A stretch of 64,000 bases of DNA from positions 101,094-165,093 of the forward strand of contig JBAZKL010000001.1 in the NCBI GenBank assembly GCA_041650835.1, written 5' to 3'. Positions 1-9,199 of the stretch are shown here, piece by piece. Position numbers and translations under genes: made by a program. Each line of letters opens with the position of its first letter. Position 1 is the stretch's first letter. This DNA comes from Candidatus Omnitrophota bacterium (GTDB lineage Bacteria > Omnitrophota > Gorgyraeia > Gygaellales > Profunditerraquicolaceae). Under the pieces are notes generated by a model. That model was not told the DNA's origin. It did not search any database and saw only the letters and a list, made by a program, of their open reading frames with translations.

Positions 1-2063
1 GGCGCGTTCAATAAAATGGATCGCGAAATCGACCGCCAGTCCCAGTGTCAAAGCCGAAAGTACGGCTACCGGCATATCATATTCCTTACCGGTAAAGCCC
101 AGTGTGCTATAAATAAAAAGTATCGTCACCGTCAAAGGCAGCATAGACAAAAGCCCGGTCACCGGCGATTTAAAAAGCACGATCATCATAAAAAGGACGA
201 TAATGAAGCTGCCGAGGAAATTCACCAGCATTCCCACCACCATCTTATCCTGCCACACCATATTAATATAGGTCAGGCCTGCCCAATGATAGGAAACGGT
301 AAATGGCGCAGGGTGCGCCTTAAAGTATTCATCAACCTGCTTAACGACAACCGCCATCTGCTTATTATCTCCTGAAGTCAACTGCATCCAGACATTAGCC
401 TTGGAATAATCGGGAGTAACAAAGTGCCAAAGATCATCCGGCTTATGGGAATTCTCAAATGAAATAAGCGATTGAGCCACTGCCTGAGGTGTCGCGGGGA
501 TAATATTATTCTTTTTATCGCCGCCTAAAAGTTCATAATAGACCTTCTTAGTGATATCCGCCAAAGAACTGGACTTGCCGACCCTGCCTTTTTCAAGCAA
601 GTATTGCTGCAGCCCCTCGATATACCTCAACATCTGCGGCTCCTGGAAGACCAATGCGCCCTTATCTTTTGCCTCGAGCACCAGGTACGCGCTGTAGGTC
701 CCGCCGAAATGTTCATTAAGCACCTTATCCGCCACGCGTATGGGATGCTTTTTGTTAAACCATTTGACCGGATTATCATTGATCTGGATATGGGAAATCC
801 CGTACAGAGAAATCACGACCAGGACAATAGACACGGATAAAACCAGCTTCCAACGCGTTACGGTAAATTTACCCCAGGCGGCAAGCATACGGCTTAATGG
901 CCCCTTTCCAACATCGTCCTCATGAACGCCGAAATCACCCATTTTCTTCTCATCAAGCAAGGCAATATACGCGGGGATCAACAAGACGGTAAGAACCCAT
1001 GCCAGGGCGACACCGAACGCGACTGCGATCCCGAACACCTGTACCGGAGGGATGGGGGCAAATGATAATGAAAAGAAACCCGCGACCGTAGTTAATGAAG
1101 TAAAAAGATTCGGGCGATACAGTTCATTCAATACATACGTAATGGTTTTATTCTTGTTCTTAAAGCTGCGGTATTTCTCAAAGAATTCATTCAAGATATG
1201 GATAGAATCAAGCACTGATATAGGCAAAAGGAATATCGGGATCATTGAACTCATAATATGTATAGGAAACCCTAAACCTACCATGGCGCCCATAGTGATA
1301 ATAACCACGATGATCGCCATCACCAGCGGCATTATTACCAGCGCCACATGCTTAAAGAACCACCACATCAGGAGAAATATGACCAGCACTGCCAAAGGAG
1401 CCGAAATACCCATCTGCCAGAACATCTCAACGCCAAAGGCGTCCTCTGCTAAAGGAAGGCCGGTCAAATGGTACGCTTCGACCCCGGGATATCCGTCAAC
1501 GATCTTCCGGATCGATTTTGCTATACGGTAGCTCATCTTCTTTTCTTTTATGGGGACATAAACACAAAGCGCCTTGCCGTCACGTGAGATCAGTGTGTCG
1601 TAAAATAAAGGGTTTTCGAGCGCGCGGCTTTTAATACGCAGAGCGTCCGCCGCCGTATACGGAGGATCACCCATCAGCCAGCGAAAGCTGATAGCGCCCT
1701 CACCCGCCTGCTCGATATCGTCTTTATTAGCTAAACTCATTAACTCATACGCGATAACGCCGTCTATTTTCTTTATTTCACCGGTGATTTTGTATATTTT
1801 CCCCAGAGTGGAAGGATTAAATACACCGCCCGGGTCTTTTTCATTAACCACTCCCAGGACGATATAATCATAGATAGTGAATTCTTTCTTAACTTCGCGA
1901 TTAAAAACGCGGACAAACTCATTTTCAGGAAGCATATTCTCCGGATCAGTATCCACTTTCACCCGGAAAAATGCCGCCAGCGACGCCAATACGAGCAAGA
2001 ACGTGATAAAAAATATCAGTTTGGGCTTCTTAAGGGCAAATGCCACAAGTTTATCTATCATTG
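1..2063 (-). CDS. MMPL/RND superfamily transporter (sterol-sensing-domain type), partial: 3' end beyond window start
   Basis: Reverse-complement translation from ATG at 2063 gives MIDKLVAFALKKPKLIFFITFLLV... and stays open to position 1. Two multi-TM blocks flank large soluble loops, which is typical MMPL/HpnN-like architecture. It is absent from the ORF track because no stop falls in the window. Confidence 0.7.
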
Positions 2064-2411
2064 CCGTCCTCCTTCAAGAAGTTCCGCTGCCTTTTCCACG
2101 CATCCCAGGCAGGTAAGTTTACGCTGGCCGCGTATATCTTTACACTTAAGGGAACCCGCCGCGCTCGAAAACTCCCGCTCAAGTATTACGCCCCGCTGCG
2201 GATCTTTCTTTTGAATTAAATACTGAGCCGCGTAATACGCGCCACACCTGCCTCCGGGAGCCTTGCCTGCCCCATACGCGGCAAAAGAATCGACATCCTG
2301 CTGCGAAGCGCTAAAAACGTCATGATACGCCTTGATCACGGCTTGCGCGCAATTAAGCTTTACGTGCCCTTCCTGGCCTAAAAAATGCTTCTTTGCTTTT
2401 TCTTTACGCAT
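2058..2411 (-). CDS. C_GCAxxG_C_C family putative redox protein
   Basis: 117 aa with GGRCGAYYAA and CLGCVEKA motifs. The stop overlaps the start of the MMPL gene (ATGA). Confidence 0.5.
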   Translation of the reverse strand: MRKEKAKKHFLGQEGHVKLNCAQAVIKAYHDVFSASQQDVDSFAAYGAGKAPGGRCGAYYAAQYLIQKKDPQRGVILEREFSSAAGSLKCKDIRGQRKLTCLGCVEKAAELLEGGRQ

Positions 2412-2427
2412 ATTCCACCTCTCAATA

Positions 2428-2754
2428 TTACCTTGTCTTCGAAACAGTATATGCTCCGCCGCCTATACGCAGCGCCTTTCCGCAGAGCAGCGCTTCGGCG
2501 ACTTTTTTACGGGCAGATTCGATGATATTACCGAAAGTCTGGCGGGAGATCTTCATCTTCTTTGCCGCGTCGGCCTGATACATTCCCTGACGATCGGCAA
2601 AGCACAATGCCTCGCATTCATCAATCGTCAAAACGATCTCCTGAAGTTTGGTCAAAGGGACCCCCTGCGGCTTAAAAAACCGCACGCGAGGCTCTCCCCT
2701 GACACAACGGCATTTCCTGGGCCTGCCGCGGCTTATTTTTTTATTTTTTAGCAT
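2428..2754 (-). CDS. DUF134 (UPF0251) predicted DNA-binding protein
   Basis: N-terminal RGRPRKCRCV...FKPQG...DE.EA...AD.....AA..M.ISR.TF signature of DUF134. Confidence 0.65.
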   Translation of the reverse strand: MLKNKKISRGRPRKCRCVRGEPRVRFFKPQGVPLTKLQEIVLTIDECEALCFADRQGMYQADAAKKMKISRQTFGNIIESARKKVAEALLCGKALRIGGGAYTVSKTR

Positions 2755-2871
2755 ATGCCAATATTAAAACAAAAAACATTTTTTGTCAAGAAATTATTTA
2801 ACCTGACATTCCCAAAATGCCTGTCCCCGAAAGTGACTGTCACTAACAGGGACACCAGATCACCCAAAGAC

Positions 2872-2923
2872 ACCCCCAAAAAAAAGGCGGCAGATCACGA
2901 AGTTCGTGATCGCCACCTTTTTT
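2872..2923. terminator. Bidirectional rho-independent terminator (A-run, 14-bp-stem hairpin, T-run)
   Basis: Hairpin GGCGGCAGATCACGAAGTTCGTGATCGCCACC at 2886-2917, flanked by A8+ upstream and T6 downstream. It lies 25 nt past the stop of the minus-strand zinc-ribbon ORF. Confidence 0.7.
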
Positions 2924-2945
2924 AAAACACGCCTTAAAACCTTAT

Positions 2946-3104
2946 TTAACGGCCGCTATCTTTTCTTTTTGAATAGCATTCTTTGCAATAGATCGGGCGA
3001 GCTCCATTAGGCTTGAAAGGAACTTCACACTCTTTTTTGCAATCAGAACACACTGCTTTATGCATTTCCCGCGGCTGCCTGTTAAATCCATCCTGAAACC
3101 CCAT
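2946..3104 (-). CDS. Small CxxC-x17-CxxC zinc-ribbon protein (52 aa)
   Basis: Unlisted ORF: MGFQDGFNRQPREMHKAVCSDCKKECEVPFKPNGARPIYCKECYSKRKDSGR. A GGAGGA RBS sits 7 nt upstream of the ATG. Confidence 0.55.
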   Translation of the reverse strand: MGFQDGFNRQPREMHKAVCSDCKKECEVPFKPNGARPIYCKECYSKRKDSGR

Positions 3105-3157
3105 TTCGCTTCCTCCTTGTAAATACCTGTATTCAGGTATTCCGGTTAACTAATTAT

Positions 3158-3607
3158 TTACCTGCGGCCTTTTCTCTTAAACGGAAATGGCTTTTTTTTA
3201 TGCTCAAATCCACCTCTGGAGCCTTCGCTGCGCCTTGGAAAACTGCGCGCCTCGCCGCCGAAATCCCTTTCCCGCGGCTCCCCGAAATCCTTTTTCTTAT
3301 GCTCAAACCTTGGCGCTTCTTCACTGCCGCGTTTTTCAAAGCGGCGCCCGCCGCGGTCAAATCTTTTCTCTGCGAAGCTATCGCCGCGAGGCCGGTCAAA
3401 TGGACGACGGGGCCGGTCAAATGACCGGAATGGCTTCGAAAAATTCCTTTCACCCGAAGGCCTATGCGCTGATTGTTCGATCAAAACATCTATCTTTCTC
3501 TCCAACGCAGCCAATTGATGCTGCATCTTCTTGACCAAAGCCGCCACATCCTGCTCCCCGGGCTCTTGAGATATGGGATCATCATCTTTAAACTGCTCGC
3601 TCATTAC
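3158..3607 (-). CDS. Arg/Gly-rich low-complexity protein (RGG/FDRPR repeats), likely RNA-binding
   Basis: AAGGAG RBS before MSEQFKDD... (an internal start within the listed 177-aa ORF). Repeats FDRPRRPFDRPRG, RGGRRFEKRG and FEHKKK(D/P)F. Confidence 0.5.
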   Translation of the reverse strand, partial: VMSEQFKDDDPISQEPGEQDVAALVKKMQHQLAALERKIDVLIEQSAHRPSGERNFSKPFRSFDRPRRPFDRPRGDSFAEKRFDRGGRRFEKRGSEEAPRFEHKKKDFGEPRERDFGGEARSFPRRSEGSRGGFEHKKKPFPFKRKGRR

Positions 3608-3778
3608 TACTCCTTTTTTCTGCTCAAAAATATTTATCGCCTGCTCACTACAGCTCAACCGGGAGCAAGGCGGTATCAGATCCATGAACAACTAACAGGG
3701 CGCTCTTTTATCTTAATCTCTGAAGCTTATCATCCTGCCCTAAATGAACATGGCAATATTCCTCATGATTGTAAATAC

Positions 3779-4915
3779 TTAAGATCTGCTTACAATGGGG
3801 GAATCTGCATTTTCTAGACTTGGCTGAAGTTTTAACTTTTTTAATGATGCACGCGTCCCTTCCACAAGCTCGGTAAAAAGCTCTTTTACCGAAACAATTT
3901 TCTTAATCCGATAGGCATTACTGCCGCACATGGCAAAGCCTTTATCCATCTGGCCGGCAGCTGCGTTAAACAAGGCATTAGCGATGCAATAATTAGCCTT
4001 TTGATGGTCACAGGTAGCCAGGCATTTATACGGGCACCCGAAATCAAGGCGCTTGCCGCTGGATATTTTTTTGACAAAATCATTACTAATGACCCTTCCC
4101 GGCATTCCCACGGGGCTCTTAATGATCACGATGTCTTCTTTTTTAGCCGTTAAATACGCTTCCTTATAACTGTAAGACACATCGCATTCATGAGTACAAA
4201 CAAACCTTGTAGCCATCTGCACCGCGCTTGCCCCTAAACGGATAACCCGGGCGATATCTTCTCCGTCGAAAACACCTCCCGCGGCGATAACCGGGATCAT
4301 GCCTGCCTGGCTTTCGAAATCTTTGACGGCAGCAAGCACTTCCGTTAAAATATTATCCAGGCTCACCCGCTGGGGATCTTTAATATCCTCCAGGCTGTAA
4401 CCCAAATGCCCGCCGGCCAAGGGGCCTTCAACCACAAGAGCATCCGGGAAACGATCATATTTCTTTTTCCAGACACGGCAGATCAATTGCGCCGCCCTGG
4501 CAGAAGAAACGATCGGTACAAGTTTAGTCCTTTTATTCTTGATCAATGAAGGAAGCTTTAACGGCAAGCCCGCCCCCGAAATGATCACATCGACTGACTC
4601 ATGCTGCGCGGCGTCCACCAGATCATCATAATTCGTGAGCGCGCACATAATATTCACCCCGAACGGCTTATCAGTAATAGCGCGGGTCTTGCGGATAGCG
4701 CTTACCAGGGAACTGCGCGAGCGCGCGGCATAATCGCGTACTGAAGGATCAGCGTCTTCACCAAGCCCCACGGACGCTATAACGCCCAAACCGCCCTCGT
4801 TAGATACCGCGGAAGCCAAACCGAACGAGGAAACTCTCACCCCCATACCGCCCTGAACGATGGGGATCTCGATCCGTACATCTCCAATATCAAAATCCTT
4901 AAATAGGCTATTCAT
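3779..4915 (-). CDS. Nitronate monooxygenase / FabK-like NAD(P)H flavin oxidoreductase family
   Basis: IPIVQGGMGVRVSS, GGLGVI and AGGGV motifs of the NMO/2-nitropropane dioxygenase fold, with a Cys-rich C-terminal extension. Confidence 0.7.
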   Translation of the reverse strand: MNSLFKDFDIGDVRIEIPIVQGGMGVRVSSFGLASAVSNEGGLGVIASVGLGEDADPSVRDYAARSRSSLVSAIRKTRAITDKPFGVNIMCALTNYDDLVDAAQHESVDVIISGAGLPLKLPSLIKNKRTKLVPIVSSARAAQLICRVWKKKYDRFPDALVVEGPLAGGHLGYSLEDIKDPQRVSLDNILTEVLAAVKDFESQAGMIPVIAAGGVFDGEDIARVIRLGASAVQMATRFVCTHECDVSYSYKEAYLTAKKEDIVIIKSPVGMPGRVISNDFVKKISSGKRLDFGCPYKCLATCDHQKANYCIANALFNAAAGQMDKGFAMCGSNAYRIKKIVSVKELFTELVEGTRASLKKLKLQPSLENADSPIVSRS

Positions 4916-4922
4916 CGGTCAG

Positions 4923-5126
4923 CTACCCCGTGACTTTTATATTAATAGCCCGCGGGCCCTTGGGAGATTGCTCCACCTCAAATTCCACCTGCTGCTCTTC
5001 ATTCAACGCGTCAAATTTTACTTCGACTAAACTGGACTGATGGAAAAAGATCTCTCTGCCGTCATTATCATTAATAAAACCAAATCCACGGTCACGAGCA
5101 AGCTTCTTAATTTTACCTGTGTGCAT
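4923..5126 (-). CDS. csp: Cold-shock protein (CspA family)
   Basis: GKIKKL..RGFGFI..DG.EIFFH...L. (RNP motifs). 67 aa with GGAGGA RBS. Confidence 0.9.
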   Translation of the reverse strand: MHTGKIKKLARDRGFGFINDNDGREIFFHQSSLVEVKFDALNEEQQVEFEVEQSPKGPRAINIKVTG

Positions 5127-5157
5127 TTACTTCCTCCTCTTAATAGTTACTACAAAT

Positions 5158-5235
5158 AAAAAAAACCGTAAAGGTTAGTAGTCGTGCCCCTTTACGGCTA
5201 AAAGATTTTCTAATCTTCTTTTGTACAGCAAGAGC
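5158..5235 (-). promoter_or_regulatory. csp leader module: hairpin CCGTAAAGG/CCTTTACGG followed by U8 on the sense strand, plus an AAGATTAGAA...TCTT inverted repeat
   Basis: Intrinsic-terminator-like hairpin only ~33 nt upstream of the csp ATG on the coding strand. A near-identical block lies upstream of the second csp (17179-17245). Confidence 0.5.
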
Positions 5236-5877
5236 ATTATATCATACTCTTGGCATTTTACAATTATTACTTACATTTATTTTCCCGGCACCCCGCTTTC
5301 CAGGTCCCGAGGTCAATTACAACTATACTTTTTCCTCTCCCTTCTTTAAGATCTCGTTGCATTTCAAGCAAACGATCGATCTAACAAACCTTTCCTTTGT
5401 CTCTTTAAAAAATGTTACCAAATAATTATGTTGGAACTTGATCCCGCATCTCTTGCAGCTATTCATGATACTCTCCCTTTTTTGTTTCGTTTTAAAATTC
5501 CCCTAAAACTAACAGCTCAACAAATAATCCGCCCTGACAAACAGGCAAATCGCGACAAAAAATATTCTAAATTCTTCTTTGCTTCAGGTATTGATGTATT
5601 CCCGGAATTACTATTACTCCTTCATGCGGGCTTACCGTGAAAAGATTCTACACAAGAGCATTTTCCTGATGGGACATTTAAGGAGAGCAACAAGAGTGAG
5701 CAATAGGTATAGTATACCACTATAAAAGAATTATAACACTATTATTTTTTTAAAGAAGACCTGATTGATGCCCTCTTTCACGGGCATGACAAACGGGTTC
5801 GATTAACAATAAACGATAATTAAAATATTCCCGTCATCGGCAACTCACCCGGGGTCATTGTGGGGAGCCATAAACAT

Positions 5878-6546
5878 CTAACGGATTATGAAAGAACTGA
5901 ACGCCGGGTGCCTGGCGATCCGCTTGAGCGCCTGTTTCAGCAAACTCTTCCCCGGCTCTTTACGGTGCCAGGGAGAAGCGCCAGACGGATGCGGCAAAGG
6001 GATAAGGTCAAAAGTATTGCCCCGCCGCGTAAGCGAAAATTTTCTTCCGATGATCCGGTCAAGCTTTTGCAAGGGGATAAATTGCTCGATTGCCAGCTTA
6101 CCGACAGGAATGATCAATTCCGGCTTGAGGATCTTTATTTCCCGCTCAAGTGAGGCGCTGCAATTCAACACCTCTTGCGGCGACGGCACGCGGTCCCCGC
6201 CCTTGGGGTTTTTCCCGGGAAAACACCGGCACACCGCTGCCATATAGATGGAGGCGCGAAAACGTTCTTCGCTCATCCCCGCGGCCTCGCTGAACCTGCG
6301 AAAAAGAGTTTTCCCCGCGGTCCAGGCGAACGGGCGTCCGAGCTTCGGCTCCTTATCTCCCGGGGCCTGTCCTACCAGGACGACTTTACTCACCACCGCT
6401 CCCCCGCTGACCACAGGCGGATGCATTCTCGGGCACAGCCGGCACTGCCGCAGTTTTTCGATATGCGCACAGAGCTTCCCGGCAGCAGCTCTATCAGGAG
6501 GCGCACCTTCTCTCATGGGCATACACAATTCCTTTATCTTAACCAA
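5878..6546 (-). CDS. Uracil-DNA glycosylase, family 4 (Fe-S type)
   Basis: GQAPG..E...GRPF.G.AG..L motif and CxxC cysteines typical of family-4 UDG. Confidence 0.75.
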   Translation of the reverse strand: MVKIKELCMPMREGAPPDRAAAGKLCAHIEKLRQCRLCPRMHPPVVSGGAVVSKVVLVGQAPGDKEPKLGRPFAWTAGKTLFRRFSEAAGMSEERFRASIYMAAVCRCFPGKNPKGGDRVPSPQEVLNCSASLEREIKILKPELIIPVGKLAIEQFIPLQKLDRIIGRKFSLTRRGNTFDLIPLPHPSGASPWHRKEPGKSLLKQALKRIARHPAFSSFIIR

Positions 6547-6557
6547 AAAGGCGAAAG

Positions 6558-7073
6558 TTACGGCGTCAGCACCTTCTTTATTAAAGCATTACCCGAAGTA
6601 TCGATCAGGACTTCAACCGCTACCGAACTCTTACTTCCCCGCATGTGCGCCTCAATATCTTTACCTTCGCCTTCCGGAACAAAATAACTTTCTATTCCAT
6701 ACTTAAGCGCTAATTTCTTCTGATAACAGGCTTGGACGCTCGCCTTGATATACACTCCGGCTTCATTAACCGGCTTTTTCAGGTAAATTGCCGTTGCTTC
6801 CCAGAATTTTTCCCCCGGCTCGATCTTTACATATACCTTCCTGCCGCGTTCATAATAGGATTTCTCACTGAGCGTCGTCGACAGGTCAAGCGTGCTTATT
6901 TTATAGCGCAGGACGACATAATCACCCCTCAAAAAATCACGGGGGTCTACGGGGACAGTTTCTAAAAGCACGGTTTTTCCGGTCCTTATAATATGCTGTT
7001 TGGAACTTATCAACCCCGCCGCCACCGCTAACCACAAAAAACTCACGACAAAAAAGATCAGCTTTTTATTCAT
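6558..7073 (-). CDS. GDYXXLXY domain protein (membrane-anchored)
   Basis: PVDPRDFLRGDYVVLRY motif with an N-terminal TM. Adjacent to a DUF2157/DUF4401-like membrane protein. Confidence 0.7.
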   Translation of the reverse strand: MNKKLIFFVVSFLWLAVAAGLISSKQHIIRTGKTVLLETVPVDPRDFLRGDYVVLRYKISTLDLSTTLSEKSYYERGRKVYVKIEPGEKFWEATAIYLKKPVNEAGVYIKASVQACYQKKLALKYGIESYFVPEGEGKDIEAHMRGSKSSVAVEVLIDTSGNALIKKVLTP

Positions 7074-8734
7074 TCTGCTTTCATCCTTTCTATGATCTTC
7101 TTTCTTTGTTTTTCCAGATATGTCCCGAGAAATAAAATAAACAATCCCCCGGCTATAAAAAAGAGGGATTTTTCCTTTAATTTCCAGGTTACATCAATAT
7201 AACGGGTGATGATGAATAAAACGAAGATCACAATGCCCAAAGTGAAGATGCGGGGCCGTTTAAGTTCAACGCCTAAGAAAATATTACAGAGCGCAAAAAC
7301 CACCAAGACAGCGTTCATAACTATCGTATTCAACAATATCGCTTGAGGGGCCATTAATAAAACAAGGCTCCCCCCCAGAGCCGCGGCCATTGCCGTAAAT
7401 TCTATCCGGTCAGGCCTGCTCTTAATATTGCCGGACTTTATTTCATCGAGCATAAACAGGACAATAGCCGCCCCTAATGCCAGCGACCCGAAAAGATAAA
7501 CGCTGTTTGAGGCCTCCCCCCCTTCATCGAGAAGCGCCTTGAACGCTAAAAGATAGACGCAAATAAACGTCACCAGATAACCGGATATTTTATAGGTCAC
7601 GGGGAATAAATATCCTCTCCTGCGGGAAACGATCCCCGCGGAATAAACAGCTAACCCCAGGAATGATTGCAAGACGATAAACTGGATCCCGTTAAATTGA
7701 TAATAAAACAGGTAAGAAAACGAAGATAACGCTAAATTTATCCCTACTATCAAACCAGCCAGGCATAAAACCAGGTTCTTTTCTATATTATCCTTGTACG
7801 TCAAATAAAACATATATCCTACCGGCAGGAGAAAATAGAGATTCGGCCGGCCTTCTCTAACGGTAAAATAAGCGATATTCCAGAAAATAAACGAAAGGCA
7901 CGCGGAATACAGATACGCGCGCTCTTGCTTGCGGAACAGATAACAGGCCAATAACCCAACGCTGATCATAAGTGACAGCCACTCATATTTATTAAAACAA
8001 CAGTAAAAGCTTGCAGCTACCAGGCCGATGATATTGATCCTGCGGCTGACGACCAGATCCTGAGCCGTCGGCAGCATGCAGAGCAAAACGATAAGAGGAT
8101 AATAGTAATTGGCCGCGCCGTTACTGCCGCTGTAAAGGAAGTTCCAGATAACGAACAATACGGACGCGAGAATATGCGCATAATCATTCTTATAAAAAAC
8201 GGCGAGCGGCACAATAGGAAAAGCCCAGAGCAGTATGATATACCAGTTTTCAGAAGTAGGGATATTATAGATCTGTCCGATGAGCGCTATAGTCCCTCCC
8301 CAAAAAAGCGAAGCTAAAAGTAAGAGGCTCTTGCCTAAATTAAAATAACCCTCTTTTTCGAAGCTATAGACGTACCCCGCGTAGAGCGCCCCCAGAGTGA
8401 CTGCTAACAACATCGAGGTCCTCATAAGCGCAGGGATCCGCTGCCAGTTAGAGCCCACAAAAAAGATAACGCCTAACCCCACGAATATAGCTCCGACCAG
8501 GGTAAGGACCTTAACCATATCCATCCTTTTCCCGGCGGCCGCTCTTTTTAATTTATAAAGGGTCAAGAGAGCATCGCCCTGCTCTTTACTGATGATATTC
8601 TTCTCTTCCCATAACGGGACCTCCCGCCGCAACCAGGAAGCGTTCTTTCCAAACCCGCGAGTAACTGATCTGGCTACGGCAAAGATAATGACTCCCCACA
8701 TCAATAAACTGAATATCATGCTCAACATCATCAA
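7070..8734 (-). CDS. Polytopic membrane protein (DUF2157/DUF4401-like), partner of the GDYXXLXY protein
   Basis: 554 aa with >12 predicted TM helices. 4-nt overlap with the downstream GDYXXLXY gene. Confidence 0.5.
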   Translation of the reverse strand: MMMLSMIFSLLMWGVIIFAVARSVTRGFGKNASWLRREVPLWEEKNIISKEQGDALLTLYKLKRAAAGKRMDMVKVLTLVGAIFVGLGVIFFVGSNWQRIPALMRTSMLLAVTLGALYAGYVYSFEKEGYFNLGKSLLLLASLFWGGTIALIGQIYNIPTSENWYIILLWAFPIVPLAVFYKNDYAHILASVLFVIWNFLYSGSNGAANYYYPLIVLLCMLPTAQDLVVSRRINIIGLVAASFYCCFNKYEWLSLMISVGLLACYLFRKQERAYLYSACLSFIFWNIAYFTVREGRPNLYFLLPVGYMFYLTYKDNIEKNLVLCLAGLIVGINLALSSFSYLFYYQFNGIQFIVLQSFLGLAVYSAGIVSRRRGYLFPVTYKISGYLVTFICVYLLAFKALLDEGGEASNSVYLFGSLALGAAIVLFMLDEIKSGNIKSRPDRIEFTAMAAALGGSLVLLMAPQAILLNTIVMNAVLVVFALCNIFLGVELKRPRIFTLGIVIFVLFIITRYIDVTWKLKEKSLFFIAGGLFILFLGTYLEKQRKKIIERMKAE

Positions 8735-8919
8735 CTCCTCCTGTTAAACTATAAAAACGCTTTTATTCCCTTTTTATAAAACCACCGGATAAGTAATAAC
8801 TATACCACTGCCATAGGATTAAGGAAGATTTATTTGCTTTATAAAGAAACGATTCCCCGGTCAGAACACCTTCATTCACCTTTACGGAGCGGCGGATGGA
8901 CTGGCCTCTTAAACTAATC

Positions 8920-9162
8920 TTACCAGCGAAAATACAGGTAAATCCTCCCCCATCCTTTTTCCGTCTTCTCCAGGCGCGAATAAAGCTTACGGACATCTTT
9001 CCTGTTCAAAACACTCAGGATACGTTTTTTAACAATATCGCTCGCCGGACCATAGGCGATCTCAACCATCTTAGCGCGGTTATCCACAGCTTCCCGGATG
9101 ATCTTTTCAATTTCTTCTTCCATATCCGGGATCACCGGATAGACGTTTAATTTTAACTTCAT
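8920..9162 (-). CDS. Small protein, degenerate Smr-like domain
   Basis: 80 aa. Weak similarity to the Smr pattern (LNVYP...VEIAYG...ILSVL). Confidence 0.3.
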   Translation of the reverse strand: MKLKLNVYPVIPDMEEEIEKIIREAVDNRAKMVEIAYGPASDIVKKRILSVLNRKDVRKLYSRLEKTEKGWGRIYLYFRW

Positions 9163-9199
9163 CTTTTATGGCCGCCCCTCATATTTACCCGCTCAAGTA

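Noticed and set aside
16-375. Plus-strand 119-aa His/Lys/Gln-rich ORF
   Set aside because: It lies antisense inside the clearly coding minus-strand MMPL transporter and has a low-complexity composition. The same applies to the other plus-strand ORFs at 604-1531, which are antisense shadows.
3003-3476. Plus-strand ORFs across 3154-3817 (99, 115, 74 and 114 aa)
   Set aside because: They overlap the minus-strand RG-rich gene and its flanks and have Ala/Arg-rich mirror composition. The minus-strand gene has an RBS and an organised repeat structure.
5127-5877. 750-bp non-coding region searched for tRNA or other RNA genes
   Set aside because: No cloverleaf-compatible sequence or conserved GTTC-type T-loop found by eye. 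Only the csp leader module is notable.
8763-8996. 77-aa minus-strand ORF overlapping the 8920-9162 gene
   Set aside because: Out-of-frame overlap with a better-supported small gene and no RBS.
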